Origin: Pelomyxa schiedti
Lineage: Eukaryota > Protista > Evosea
DNA length: 64,000 nt
NCBI GenBank assembly: GCA_020536535.1
Contig: JAHLWZ010000824.1
Coordinates: 38,228 to 102,227 of the forward strand
Direction of reading: 5' to 3'
Under the pieces are notes generated by a model. That model ran no database searches. It saw only the letters and a program-made list of their open reading frames with translations, and was not told the origin of the DNA. Made by a program: the position numbers and the translations under genes. Positions 36,666 through 48,600 of this stretch are shown piece after piece. Each line of letters starts with the position of its first letter. Position 1 is the first letter of the stretch.

Positions 36666-39600
36666 ATGGGGACCGGTGGTTCCAAAAGTGTTGTCTCCAC
36701 AACAGCAAGCACCAAAACGCCTTCGTCGGAACCCGCAGCCCCGAGGCTCGTAGACCTGTGCAAGAGTGACCTTGTGGCGCCAGACCAAAGGCCCCCGCTG
36801 ACTTACACAGTGGCATCTGAGTTTATCGGGACTCATTCTAGCCCAGGTGACCAACTGCACCAGAAGCTACGCAAGTCTTTGGATGCGTTCCGGCAGCAAC
36901 TCTCCCCTCAAGTGGCAAAATGCTGGGCAAGGTGTTTTTTTTTCTTTTCTTGGCCCCAAATTCCTGGATTTCTTACTCACTTCGATGTTAGTTTCAAGGT
37001 TCTGCAAGAGCGGTATACAGCATCAATGGGAGGAGATGCAGAAAGATCCGCTTTAATGACACCGGATTCAGCAAATTTTGTACAGAAGGCTTCTGTGAGT
37101 GAACCTGCTAGAACTGCATTCTTTGGTCTCACTGGTGTTGGTATTCCAGATTAGTGCTCTTCCATTTCCTCTGATTGATTCACAGGAAAGTCTCAGCTGA
37201 TAAATTCCCTTTTGAAAGATCAAGACAGGGAGGGGCGATTGCTCCCTACAGGGGGAGCCTATACTACTGCCAGAATTTGTTGGTTAAAGTATGCACCTCT
37301 GGCACTTGCTCGCATATATACTGTCAAAATTGTTACCGGTGCCTTCGTTCAAGGACCCACACTGGAGGACTTGAGTGGATGCCCTACTTTATCCAGTGTT
37401 TCTCAGCGCCTGAAAGCCCACATTTCCCGTCAATCCATGCCAGAAGGTGAAGGTGGGTGAGTAAACTTTCCCGGAAACATCGAACTGACACTTTTTTCAG
37501 TAGAGAAGATGGCGTGGCTGACAACAGCAATTGTTGTGGAATATCCAGTTGATTTACTTTCTTCAGGACTTGAAGCAGTCGATTTAGCCGGTGCTGCTTC
37601 TAATGATGAATACTGGCCAACTATTTTCCCCTTCATTACCGGGTTTTTGTCTATATACCGTCCACATGGTATCGTCTTCTGCTTTAGAACGGGTGCATTT
37701 GAGGAAGGAGAAAAGTTTGCCTTTTCTGTACTGGAAAAACTACTGGCTGGCCTACAGTACAGAAATGGAGATCTCCCAGACTTTTTCTTTGCCAACACGT
37801 GTGTGGATCATGATATCATTAGAAGTGATCTGAATATAGCTGATGACGACCCACTGAGCCTACAAGATGTTGAGAAGTATAATCAAACTCGCCTGGACTT
37901 GTTGCGAAAAACAGCTCCTATCTTGTTGGACCTCCCTGCCACCTTCCAGCAATGCACATCTTTCTGCTGTGTTAGTGCTAAAGACTTTCTATTTCGTAGT
38001 GATGAGAATGCAACTGAATTGACTTATGGGCTATTCATGAACAGGTTTGTGCACTGGGTTGTCGCTGGCCAACAGCGGCGATGCCTACAGGCACTTGAAC
38101 AGATTTCCTCTGCCTGTCGCTGCTTCTACAATAACTTGCACACTGTACAAGCATGCACTAAAGAACTAATTAGCAGAAAGGCTGAAGAACTAGACATTTT
38201 ACTTCTCAAGCAGAAAGAGTCCCTGAAAGTAGATATTACGAATCGTCTCCAATCCTTCTCGGAACGTCTGACAACCAGGCTGAGGGCAGTGGAGAAAGAT
38301 TGTCTCTCTCATGCAGCCCACATGAGCACCCCCTTTGACAATGCTACATTATTGAGATGCCAAGTTGAAGCCGAGGCAGCCGTCATCAAAAATCTTACTC
38401 ACTGGGTGCAGGAGAACGTCACTCAACCAGTAGTCAAGCATATTGACAGTGAGATAAAGGCCTCTGTAGAAGAGAGTACAAAACAGTTCCGCAATTTGGA
38501 AGACGACATTATGAGAGACTTCTTCAGGCAGGCACAACATAGATTTAGCTTGTCACCTGTGAAAGTTCTGGCCACAGGGGCTAGCCTTACTTGCGCTGCA
38601 GTACTAAGTTGTGCACTGCTTGCGGTTTTTTTTTGTGGACCTGTATTAGTGGCTGGGGTGCTCACTACATGTATTTCCGGAGTTTACTATTCAACGAAGC
38701 ATGTTGATGAAGAGTTCAAGAGAAAGGTGGCAAAAGAAATGCTAGGCTCCTTGAGCAACACTTTTGACTCTGGTCCATGGCTAAAAGAAAACCTAAACAG
38801 AGTTGAGCAATTGTTTGAGGGATACAGGAAAGCTGTTAAGCACCAGGCCGCTCAGCAAATTACCATGCACATTAACTACTTCAGGGGTTCTAATGTGAAC
38901 CAGTGGTGGGAATTGCGTCATGCATTTGGTCTACTCATAGCCGACACATTGCTAACCAAGAACTCCTTTTGCTGCGTGACACCACCTCATGTTGACTTCT
39001 CCCCAGAATTTCAGATTGGAAAGGGAGGGTGCTCCGCAGTTTACAAGGCTGAATGGCATGGTCAGTCAGTGGCAATTAAGGTCATGGACCCTGAAGTTTC
39101 TATTGATGATGACCAGAGAGTATTTTTCGAGGAAGTATTCAATAGCACGACACTGGCCGTCAATCCCTCAAGTAATGTTCTTCAGTTCCTCTTGCTTTTC
39201 AAACAAGACAACAAGTGGTGCTTGATGTATCCCCTTCTTACTTGCTCCCTCCGAGATTACTTGGAGAAACACATATCTGAACTTTCACTTGCAAGAATGC
39301 TCTCTATTGCAAAGTCCATGATCATTGGGATAAAGAATATTCACAACTGCTCACTCATCCACCGCGACATCAAGTTAGAGAATATCCTTGTACGAACAGA
39401 AGAGGAGCGAGTGACTGATGTAGTAGTGGCAGATTTTGGCTTCAGCGTTGTTGACCCTATATGCTGCCCAGTTTTGCGCACAAATGTAGGTACCCTAGGC
39501 TACTACGCTCCCGAAATAGTTGCCCACAAGCCGTACAACAATAGTATTGACATATTTGCATTTGGAATTATACTGGCGGAAATGACCCCCAAGCCCGAGT

Positions 39601-39785
39601 TGATTCGCACCAGAGTAAATGACAGGGGCTGGGAGATACACTCACTAATAGCACCCAGCACACCTCCCCAAGTTGTGGAATTGATATCTAAGTGCGTGGC
39701 TATTGAGCCGGAGCAAAGGCCAACAGCCTGTATGGTACAGAAGCAAATTGAGAACCTCGAGACACAAAACTTGGGAGCACTCTAA
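36666..39785 (+). CDS. N-myristoylated dynamin-like GTPase - hydrophobic segment - protein kinase fusion (DSTYK-like architecture)
   Basis: MGTGGSKS start; spliced GLTGVGKSQLINSL, YTTARI, VDLAG and NTCVD; kinase motifs GKGGCSAVY, VAIK, HRDIKLEN, DFG, APE and DIFAFG. Confidence 0.85.
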
Positions 39786-40186
39786 CCCTTCCAGTAAGCC
39801 TTAAGTAATTCAGTTGTATGTCTGTACTTACAATCTTAACAGTTTAGTTGACACTGATGATAGAATTAAAAGAGTCCCACATACATTCTGGGACACTTGT
39901 ATTTCACATGTAAAAAAATAAAACACAGTGAGGCAAAAATTAAGAAATGGTTGGTTGTTGTTGTGTGCTTCACCAGATTTTTATGGAGTGCCCCAGGACA
40001 CCTCACTTGGATAAGAGATTAATGTCACAGGGCGCGAGGGTTTGGTGAAGTCAGATTCACCCATTGCAGGGCTTTTGACCTCTAGAACGAATTCGCACCA
40101 ACTGTTTCGCGTTCCGGTCTGTTGATTATTTATTTTAGTCAGCCAACGTGGCTCGCAGAAGTCGGTTTTTTGTGCACTCAAAGAAA

Positions 40187-41821
40187 ATGTTTAGCGGTGG
40201 TGATCCGTTTCGCGTTGAGAAGTGGTACGACACGTTGGGCGATGAGACTTTCGAGACAGTGTTCGTCGACATCTCTCTGCAGGAGGCTGAGACCCTGGCG
40301 CGCTACCGCGAGCTCTCCCGCATGCTTCACGTGACGAGGGAGGTGTTTGGCAACGAGGTCGGTGGGCAGGCCGTTCCCAGCGAGCCCCCAATGTCCCACG
40401 ACGAGGTCGCACGCCTTAACGCCGTGACTGCCAGGCTCGACGCCCCAATTATGCGTTTCGGGAAAGCCGCTGTGAAGCTTTGTGTGCTTTTCATTTTTTT
40501 TTTTGGGGGGTTTGGGTTTTGCTGCGTCTTGTTTTCAAGTTTCTACATGAGAATAGATGTGCACAGGAATAGGACCACTAAAAATCAAACAAAAAAAGCG
40601 ACCAGGAGTCCAAAGGATGCTGTTATGCTGTCCGATGCAATACTAAATATTATCGAGAGGGAATTGACACCCCAGCTCAGTTGTGTAGGTGGATATTTCT
40701 TAATTGAAGACTAATTAACGTATTAATGTAGCCTGAGGACGAGTGGACAAGGAAAGCCGTCACTTCGTTTGTGAGAGGGTGTAGTTTTGGAATGGGTGTT
40801 CAGAGTGGGAAAGAAGCCGTTGATCTCATGATTAAAAGCCAAAGGGTCTTTGAAGGTATTTAACTATTGTCTGCAATTGATCAAGTGTTGAGCCACACCA
40901 GACATCACAAAGCTCAAGCTTTTGCATGGGCCTGAGGGCTTTGTACTTCAGCTCGCTGTTAGGAGGTGGGAAGAAATAGATCCTGATTGGGAATTCAGGT
41001 GCTTTGTTGTTGATGGCATTATGACAGCTTGTACACAATACTATGAGTGAGTAGTTCAAATTATCCCTTGAAATTACTAAAGGAAAAAAGCATGATTTAT
41101 GTACCGGACATAGCTTCCCAGCGTAGCCTTGTAGCCTCCACAATTCTTGACTATTTTGAGAGCAAGATAAAACCGAAATTGTTGCATCTGAACTCATACA
41201 CCCTGGACCTTGCAGTAAGACCCGATCTCAAGGCAGTTAGAACCATAGAACTCAACCACCCACCTCCAACAGCCGGCACGGCACTTTTCAAGTAAGATTT
41301 CTTTCCTATTCTCCCAATAATTCACACTGGGCATCCCATTATCTCCTCACAGCTGGGACTCAGCGGCCGACCGACAAGTGATGGAATCAGGACCATTTGA
41401 ATTCCGAGTAAATAGCAGCCTGCCGGCAGATGCATTCTCACGCATCCACCCCCCGATACGTGAATTTATATCGGCATTGAGGCGTGGTCTTGGGCCGGCC
41501 GAGGCCAGGGCAGTCTGCAGATCAACACCCACTGGCAGCAGAGGTTCACTTTGCAGATACACCTGCAACATTTGCAGTTCTGGGATTCCCGACTGCGGGC
41601 CTCCTCGGCGCCACTGCACAGTCTGCAATGACTATGATGTGTGTGATTCCTGCTGGTCCCAAAGCACCCTGCCTCATGCCGCACACGAATTCCTAGTAAT
41701 TTTAAATCCACCTTCCAGCACATCAACTGCTTCTTCCTCCACGTCCACTTCGTCTTCCTCAGTTGTAAATGGTGCCCGCATGCTACACCCCAGTCAAGCT
41801 TCGTACTGTAACCTTATGTGA
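40187..41821 (+). CDS. CDC123/D123-like ATP-grasp protein with a ZZ zinc finger and a CaaX end
   Basis: VKL.TRSPKDA, WEFRCFV, YTLDL, IELN and TALFSW; CNIC..HCTVCNDYDVCDSC..H..H; ends YCNLM-stop. Confidence 0.8.
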
Positions 41822-42263
41822 ACCAATCAAACACGCATTACTGATGTATGGGATAATGTGAACCTCACCCACCTTTAAGAAAAAAAAAACAACCCCACAA
41901 ACGAAGGGGCTATTTTCTCTTGAGAAGGGACTTGACTCGACAAAGAACCTTGTCTGTCACTAGAAGTGTGGTTTTTTCTCCCAATTGATGGATCTGACAG
42001 AAAGTTCTTTACTACATCAACTCAGATTGGAGACAACCAACAGCAGAGAACATCAGACGTAACCTTGGGGCACCTATCACTCCAATCTGCCCAGCCCTTT
42101 TTGTTTGGTGGGTTCAAACTCAGACAGCGAAAAACATTCAAAACGCCGACATAATTGCCTTTTACGGTAGGACGGAACATACGATGCGAAGAAACAAAAA
42201 TTTTCCGGCATCTGTCTTAGAGTTGCACACAATTTTTTTTCCTGCACTTGAAAAAACAGCAAG

Positions 42264-45200
42264 ATGCTTGAACCACGCATCAGCGACGGGTGCCGGCACG
42301 CGACGCTGCACGACCAGAGATCTCAGATCTGCGCTACGCCCGACGTGGACTACGTATGTCCGGTTGTGGTACCGAAGCCGTGTTACCCCGCGATTTCGCC
42401 GCACCGCTTCGGCCGTGCGCCGCCCCCGAACCCCGTAACTCCGCCTCCAAAGTCCCTCGTTGCCGTAAACGCGAGGTCTTGGAGGCTGCCAAAACGGCCG
42501 GCGATGTCATCGCCACCTTTGCCGTCTTCGCGCTTTTGTGGCACTCTTTCAGCCTCTTCGTCGTCGTGCTGCATCGGCAGCGTGAGGGGAGACAGCCCGT
42601 GCAACCCACTGCACAGCTCCTCGCCGAACTTTTACCCGCCGGTTCCCTCGTATCATTCGAGGGGGCAGGCGTCCGCCACACACGTAATTCCACCACTGCC
42701 GCTGCCGCCGTCGTCGGCACCACCCACGTGGTCCGCGCGGAGTGCATCGGCAATCACTTTGGTTGGTCAATTGCCGGAGGAACAACCGGTTGTCTGGGGA
42801 GATTCCCGTCTCCTCCCTTCCCTGCGGACGGCTCAATCAGAGCATCAGTTAAGATTTCCGCGGGGCACCTCACCAACATCACCAACACGCTTCACGCCCA
42901 CATCATCACCTCTTAACACACCCCCCGTTTTTTATACAATAGAGATTTCACCAATCCACACACCAACTAATTCTTCCCCGAAATCTTGTATACTTTCCCA
43001 AGTCACTGCATCAGCTGTGCGTAATAGGCTACTTTCCTTTATGAAACTAATTTTTTTTTTCCCGCAGGTTGATCCTAGGATACCCCGGTGTCAACAGATT
43101 GTAAGAAACTGGTTATGTAAATTGCACAGAGGTTGTCTCTCCCTGTACAAACAAATTGTAATTATCCAAAAAAAAGAGCGCAACAATTGTCCTGCCAGAA
43201 AACATCCTTTTGTAAAACTCATTCTCGCGGAAAGAACGCTTGTCCGAAAATTGCAATTGCTTGTTTTGCATTACATCATCCCTATTGAAAGAGGTCATGC
43301 CAGTGTAAGTTTCGTGGGTATCCCAAGTCACTTTTGATGAACAAACAGGAGACAATAACCAAAGAAGATATAACAAATCTATGTGGTGAGGCGAGCCAAC
43401 TTCTTAGCCTTCACACGAAAATTCTCTCCAAATTTGAGCAGGTACTTCTTTTAGCATTCTAAATCGACACTTGACCAGCTCATACTAGCTTGTTAATAAC
43501 TGGCCCTGTGTGGATGGTGTCGGTAAAATTTTTGTTGAACTGGCCTTGAATAATGAGCTGCGTTTTTATGGTCTGCCATTCCTCGAAAGGAATTTTTCCT
43601 CATTAACAATAGGTTCTTATGTTGAGCATTCCCTAGTTCATGCAGACACACTTGCAAGACTTCAGGACAACGACTATGTCTTTGCGGGCTGGGTTCAAGA
43701 AGTACTGTTATAACCTTGCTATCACGCTCACAAACACCTTAGAAATTCTTGAGCTTGGGAGAAGATATGGACCTTAAGGAACTGCTCGAAGTTCCTCTAA
43801 ATCACATTCATTTGTACGCTACTATTTTACGAGAACTTATTGAGTGCACCCCACCTCAAAACCCCGATCTCACAAGCTTGTTCGAGGCAGAGTCCTACCT
43901 GCAGAAGGCTTGCACTGTACGTACATTGTGCCGTGTCAGTGGTCCTGTATTTCTGTGCTGTTATCTATTTTCCTCTTTTTGTTTTCCCTCTAAGACCTCG
44001 TAGGCTGTTGCTGATGCTAAAGCAAGAGCGATTGGTGTAAAAAATTTAGTCGAGGCTGTATACAAATTTGGTGGCTACTCATCAGTACTTCACTTCGACT
44101 ATTTTTTTTTTTATCATTCACTCTGAACTAGAGCTTCCAACATGACCCAAAGCGGCAATTTGTGGGTGATTTTGATTTTACCTCTCCAAAGAACAAAACT
44201 CCTTGGTGAGGTTCAGTTATCTTTGACTTGTATATTAACCAACACCCAGGAAGGCATTTGTATTTTCTGACCAGATAATTATAACATCGCCAAGAAAAGA
44301 CAAGAAAAGGACTGAACTATTTAAACCAGAAGGATCAATCAAATTTATAGACATAAATGACATATCGGAGGAAACCGGTGTGTGCAACTCCTCTGGATTT
44401 TGTCTCTCCAAATTTGTCTCTCCAAACGAGCTCATCCAACTTATAGAGAGTCTGTCTCTTACACTCACATACCTCAAGAGAATGAAACAAGTCTTCAAAC
44501 TGGACGGGCCTGCCAAAAAAAATGTCGTTGAGAGTATTATACGTAACAAGTTTGAAAGACTAAATGTACTATCTTTTTATCATTTCTTTGTTACTAATTT
44601 ACATTACTTACAGCGCAAGCGGAATGGTTTTCCCCTCCACTTTTTGAAATATTCTGATTTTTTTTAGTATTTGGTTCCACATTGAGTGAACTTGTCCATA
44701 GTGAGGACAGGGATGAAATCGGCTACCCACTGATAATAGAACGTGGTCTTCAGTATCTTGAATCACGTTGCTTTTCTTTCCCCTCAACAAGCCACTCATT
44801 CTTTCATAGGAATCAGTGTGGTTGGCTTGTTTCGAATCCCTGGGCCCACTGCGGATATTGCCCGACTGCGAAAACTAGTTCAAGGTACTCTTTTTTTCGA
44901 TTGTTTCCCTTAGTGACCGTGTTAGATGATATAAATTTTACATTTTCTGATGAAGAAGATCCCTTCTCTGTGGGATCTCTCGTCAAGATGTATTTGCGGG
45001 AAATGGCTGAACCCTTGTTTCCTTTTGAATACTACGAACGCATTCTTGCTCTGCAATGTGTTGGTAGGCCTATTACTTGAATGATAATTACTTTAACCTC
45101 ACGGCAAAGATAAACAACACTTCATGGAAGAGATGGCAGTAATACTGCAAGAGTTACCTGTGAATAATCAAAAAACTCTTATATATCTCTCTGATTTCAT

Positions 45201-45437
45201 GGAGATACTCTTTGCACACTCATCCACAAACAGGATGACCGGTATGCAACTAAGGGGTGTGGTTTCAGCACAACTCACTTTGCAACAGCCTACAACACAG
45301 CCATTGTAGTTGGACCCAATTTACTTCGTCCTGCAGTGGAAACCATGGATACCGCACTCGAAATGCCCAAAGTAAACGCTGTGGTGGCCAAGTATTTTGA
45401 AAACTACAAGACGCTAAGGCCTCTCTTTGCACCCTGA
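42264..45437 (+). CDS. DH-PH-RhoGAP dual Rho regulator
   Basis: LILAERTLVRKL and LLEVPLNHIHLYATILRELIECTP (DH); GLFRIPG, VGSLVKMYLREMAEPLFP, NRMT and AIVVGPNLL (GAP). Confidence 0.85.
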
Positions 45438-45620
45438 AAACGAAACCTCTGCCCTCAAACAAAGGACCAAAGGGTACTTTTGTTTGTTCTTCTGTAAGGA
45501 GTAAAATAGAAATACGGGATTATTGATAGAAAGCCAAGCAAAGTAAGAAACCTAAAGCTCCTACTCCCGAAACACACAATTTAAAAAACAACCACCTGCA
45601 CCATAGTAAGTGTTTATTTT

Positions 45621-48600
45621 TCAGGAATTTTGCAAGGCAAAATCGACATCAAATAGCTTTCCAACCCTGATGTACAGGAGGCTGGTGTGGTCTGGCTTAC
45701 CAGGAAATTCTGCTGAACAGTTGGGTTGCCGTGCATTTGGGTTATCCTGCAGCCACGTTCTGTTGTAGTTTTTAGTGTTTGGTTGCTTGTTAGAGTTGAA
45801 TATGAAGTAGCAGCGTCTCCTACCTTATTGGGTTGGTGGTATTTAGGCAATACTGCAACACGCCAGTTACAACTTGTTGAGCATCCTCTATCCCACCGCA
45901 TTGCTCATTAATTATTGAGGTAAGTTTGTCAGCCCTAATTTCATGAGTGTAGGGAGGGGAAAAGCATTTCTACATGTAACGCTGTTTGAGGTCTTGCAAC
46001 AGTTCAGGGTGTTTTAACGCAGCATCATCCCAACTCAAGCCAGTGAGTGTGGCTGACAGGTCCGCTGGTTCCTTGCCGAGATTCTTGGCATCAAGGTTAT
46101 CATGCACACCATCACTGGGAAGAGAGCTGAGACCAAAAGGGTGAAGATGGTTGTAGTTGTCTTTACCTGCACATTAAAAATACATCTCCCTCCTCTACTT
46201 CTTTACACAATACAGTCAAATTCCGTAAATCGGGGCTTCCATCAGGGCCATGTAATCCAATGCGCCCCCCTGGATCCCTAACACTCTCCCCTCGGTTGTT
46301 GAGACTTGAAAGGAGTAAGAGAGGAAAAAAAGGGAAGAATAGGCTCAACGTGAAATCGAGAAGAATTTGAGAAAGTCTTTTGGACCAGTGGAAAACCTTG
46401 TTGAAAGACAGTCAGTCTCACAAAAAGGGAGAAGCAACCCACTTTACAGTCTCCGACAGAGATGATCATGCACATCCATTTATATGGTATCTTCGGTGCC
46501 TTTTTTTTAACGGTAACTTTGGCAGGAGGTGAAAGTGTGCCAGAAGCTCTCAATCCCACCATTCTTGCTTGGCCACTTTTTCCTAGTCAGCAATAAAACA
46601 AGCCAAAACTTCACATACGTATGCACAGGTTTTTGTGATGGTAAAAAGGTAGCTGATAATGTATGACCAAGATTGGCATTGCACGAACCAGCAAGCTGCG
46701 CAACTTCGTCCATACATGTCTCGGGAGATGAATTTTCTTCTGCTCTAAATATAACACCAGCAAGGAGGGTGGTAGAGCCAAGTGTATCGTACCTGAGAAT
46801 ATTGTTTGTACAAAAAAAAAAAGGAAAGAAATTCTACGTATTGTCTTGAAAGTGTGACCCAAAAATTGATCTATTTGCATTGGCAAGAGCCCTTAATAAC
46901 AGGTTGCCAAGTTCCTTTACAGTTTTTACATTTCTGCCCAACAAAATAAATATATCAGAATGAAAATGAAAAAATGAAGACTAGTAAAATTTTTCAAACC
47001 TGCAATATGTTGTTGAAAATTCCACAAAATTGTTTACGGCACTAAAAGCTGCAAGCTTAGGCTTCTCACCCCAGTTACCTTTTCAAGGTGAATTGCTTTA
47101 CTTAAATCGGGACATTACAGCCATCTGCCAAAGCAAAAATAATTTTATCTGTGGCTAGTGATACAGAGTACTGATCGCAAATTGGATCACCCACCTGGAG
47201 AGTGTTCAAACACTCGGAGTAATGTGAACAATAAAAACCTTCTTTCCTGGAGTGGTGCTTTCCGGGTAGGTAGAAATAACATGTCCGCAAAAGGACGGAA
47301 GTGAACATTGTAATTCGGGCTGTGCACTGCTGAAATGGCCAATGATTGCTGATTTCGCTGTGTGAACGAGAGGAATCTGGGTTTGGAGGGTAATCATTGC
47401 ATTCTCATGGTAATAACATACCTCAGGAAGGCTGTCAAGATGTTGATGTAAAGGAAATTTCACATCCACTTTCGAAGTCAAATCGACCCTATTAGTGATT
47501 ACTATCGAAACCCCTTTCCCATTTGGAACTACCATACAAAGAGAGTGGACATAGTTGGCTGATCGTCGTCATGTGCAACCATCTTGACGACACGATAGCC
47601 TGTGTGCATGCAATTTATGGGAAGTGCATAATGAGCTAACTGAGCAACACTGCCAGTAATGTTCCGTACTCCAAGACTATAGGTTAAGTATTAGGAAACC
47701 CTGGAAAATTTTGGTAACCTGAAGACAAGTACATCAAGCGCACTATTTTGCAGAGGAGCTTCAAACACCTGATCCCACTGAGGGTTAAACGTCCCACCCT
47801 CTATTGAGATTGACTTCAGAATAGATAGTAATGAGGGTTTGTTTACTTTGTGGCTTATAACGCTGGAGCTTTGTGGCATCAGGACCCAGTATTTTGATCT
47901 CTAGTACAATTTCCAACGGGTCAGATATTTTTGATAAACCTCTAGCACTAGAAACCTAAGGAACTTCTATGCATAGTCTTGATTGTGATGGGAAAAATAC
48001 CATCATGTGAACTTGTGTGTATACATTAGGGTTTGTGTTGGCAGGAAGTGTGTTCTCGAAAGCACAGGGATCCATTGTTAGGAACCAAGGTTTTCGAACA
48101 TAACCACAGTATCCATTTTGCATGAAAAATCCTTGTGACAGAATAAGTGGAGCATCGAGACAAACAAAAGAAACCGTCATTTGCCCAGTGATCGGGTGTA
48201 TTTCTATTTGGAAAGAAAGGAATGATTTGAACTCCATGGGTCATCCAAAGCATTCTTTACCCAGGGATTACATGAAAGTGAAAAAAATTAAAGGCATACG
48301 GGTCTCTCTCAGTGATCGACTTCGATGGTAATATGGCAGTGATGTTTGTAAAGTTTCTTCTTAAGAACAATTAGTAGATTATTTCATTCTTTAATTTTGA
48401 TTCAGTTATAAATAGATAATACGATTTCCATAATATTGGTTTTTTTTAATCGTTGGATACTGGTCAAGGCCACTGAAGTCTATGCGGTCGAGTTGTTTCT
48501 CTTTTACCACAAGAACGTCCCAAGGTCGCACTGTCTTCAATTAGCCCAAAGGAAAGAATCGATGTCATACTATTTTCGGGCATCTCGTCAAGAGAGTGAC

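Noticed and set aside
44828-44845. ttcgaatccc, resembling a tRNA T-loop
   Set aside because: It encodes GLFRIPG of the RhoGAP and no cloverleaf forms
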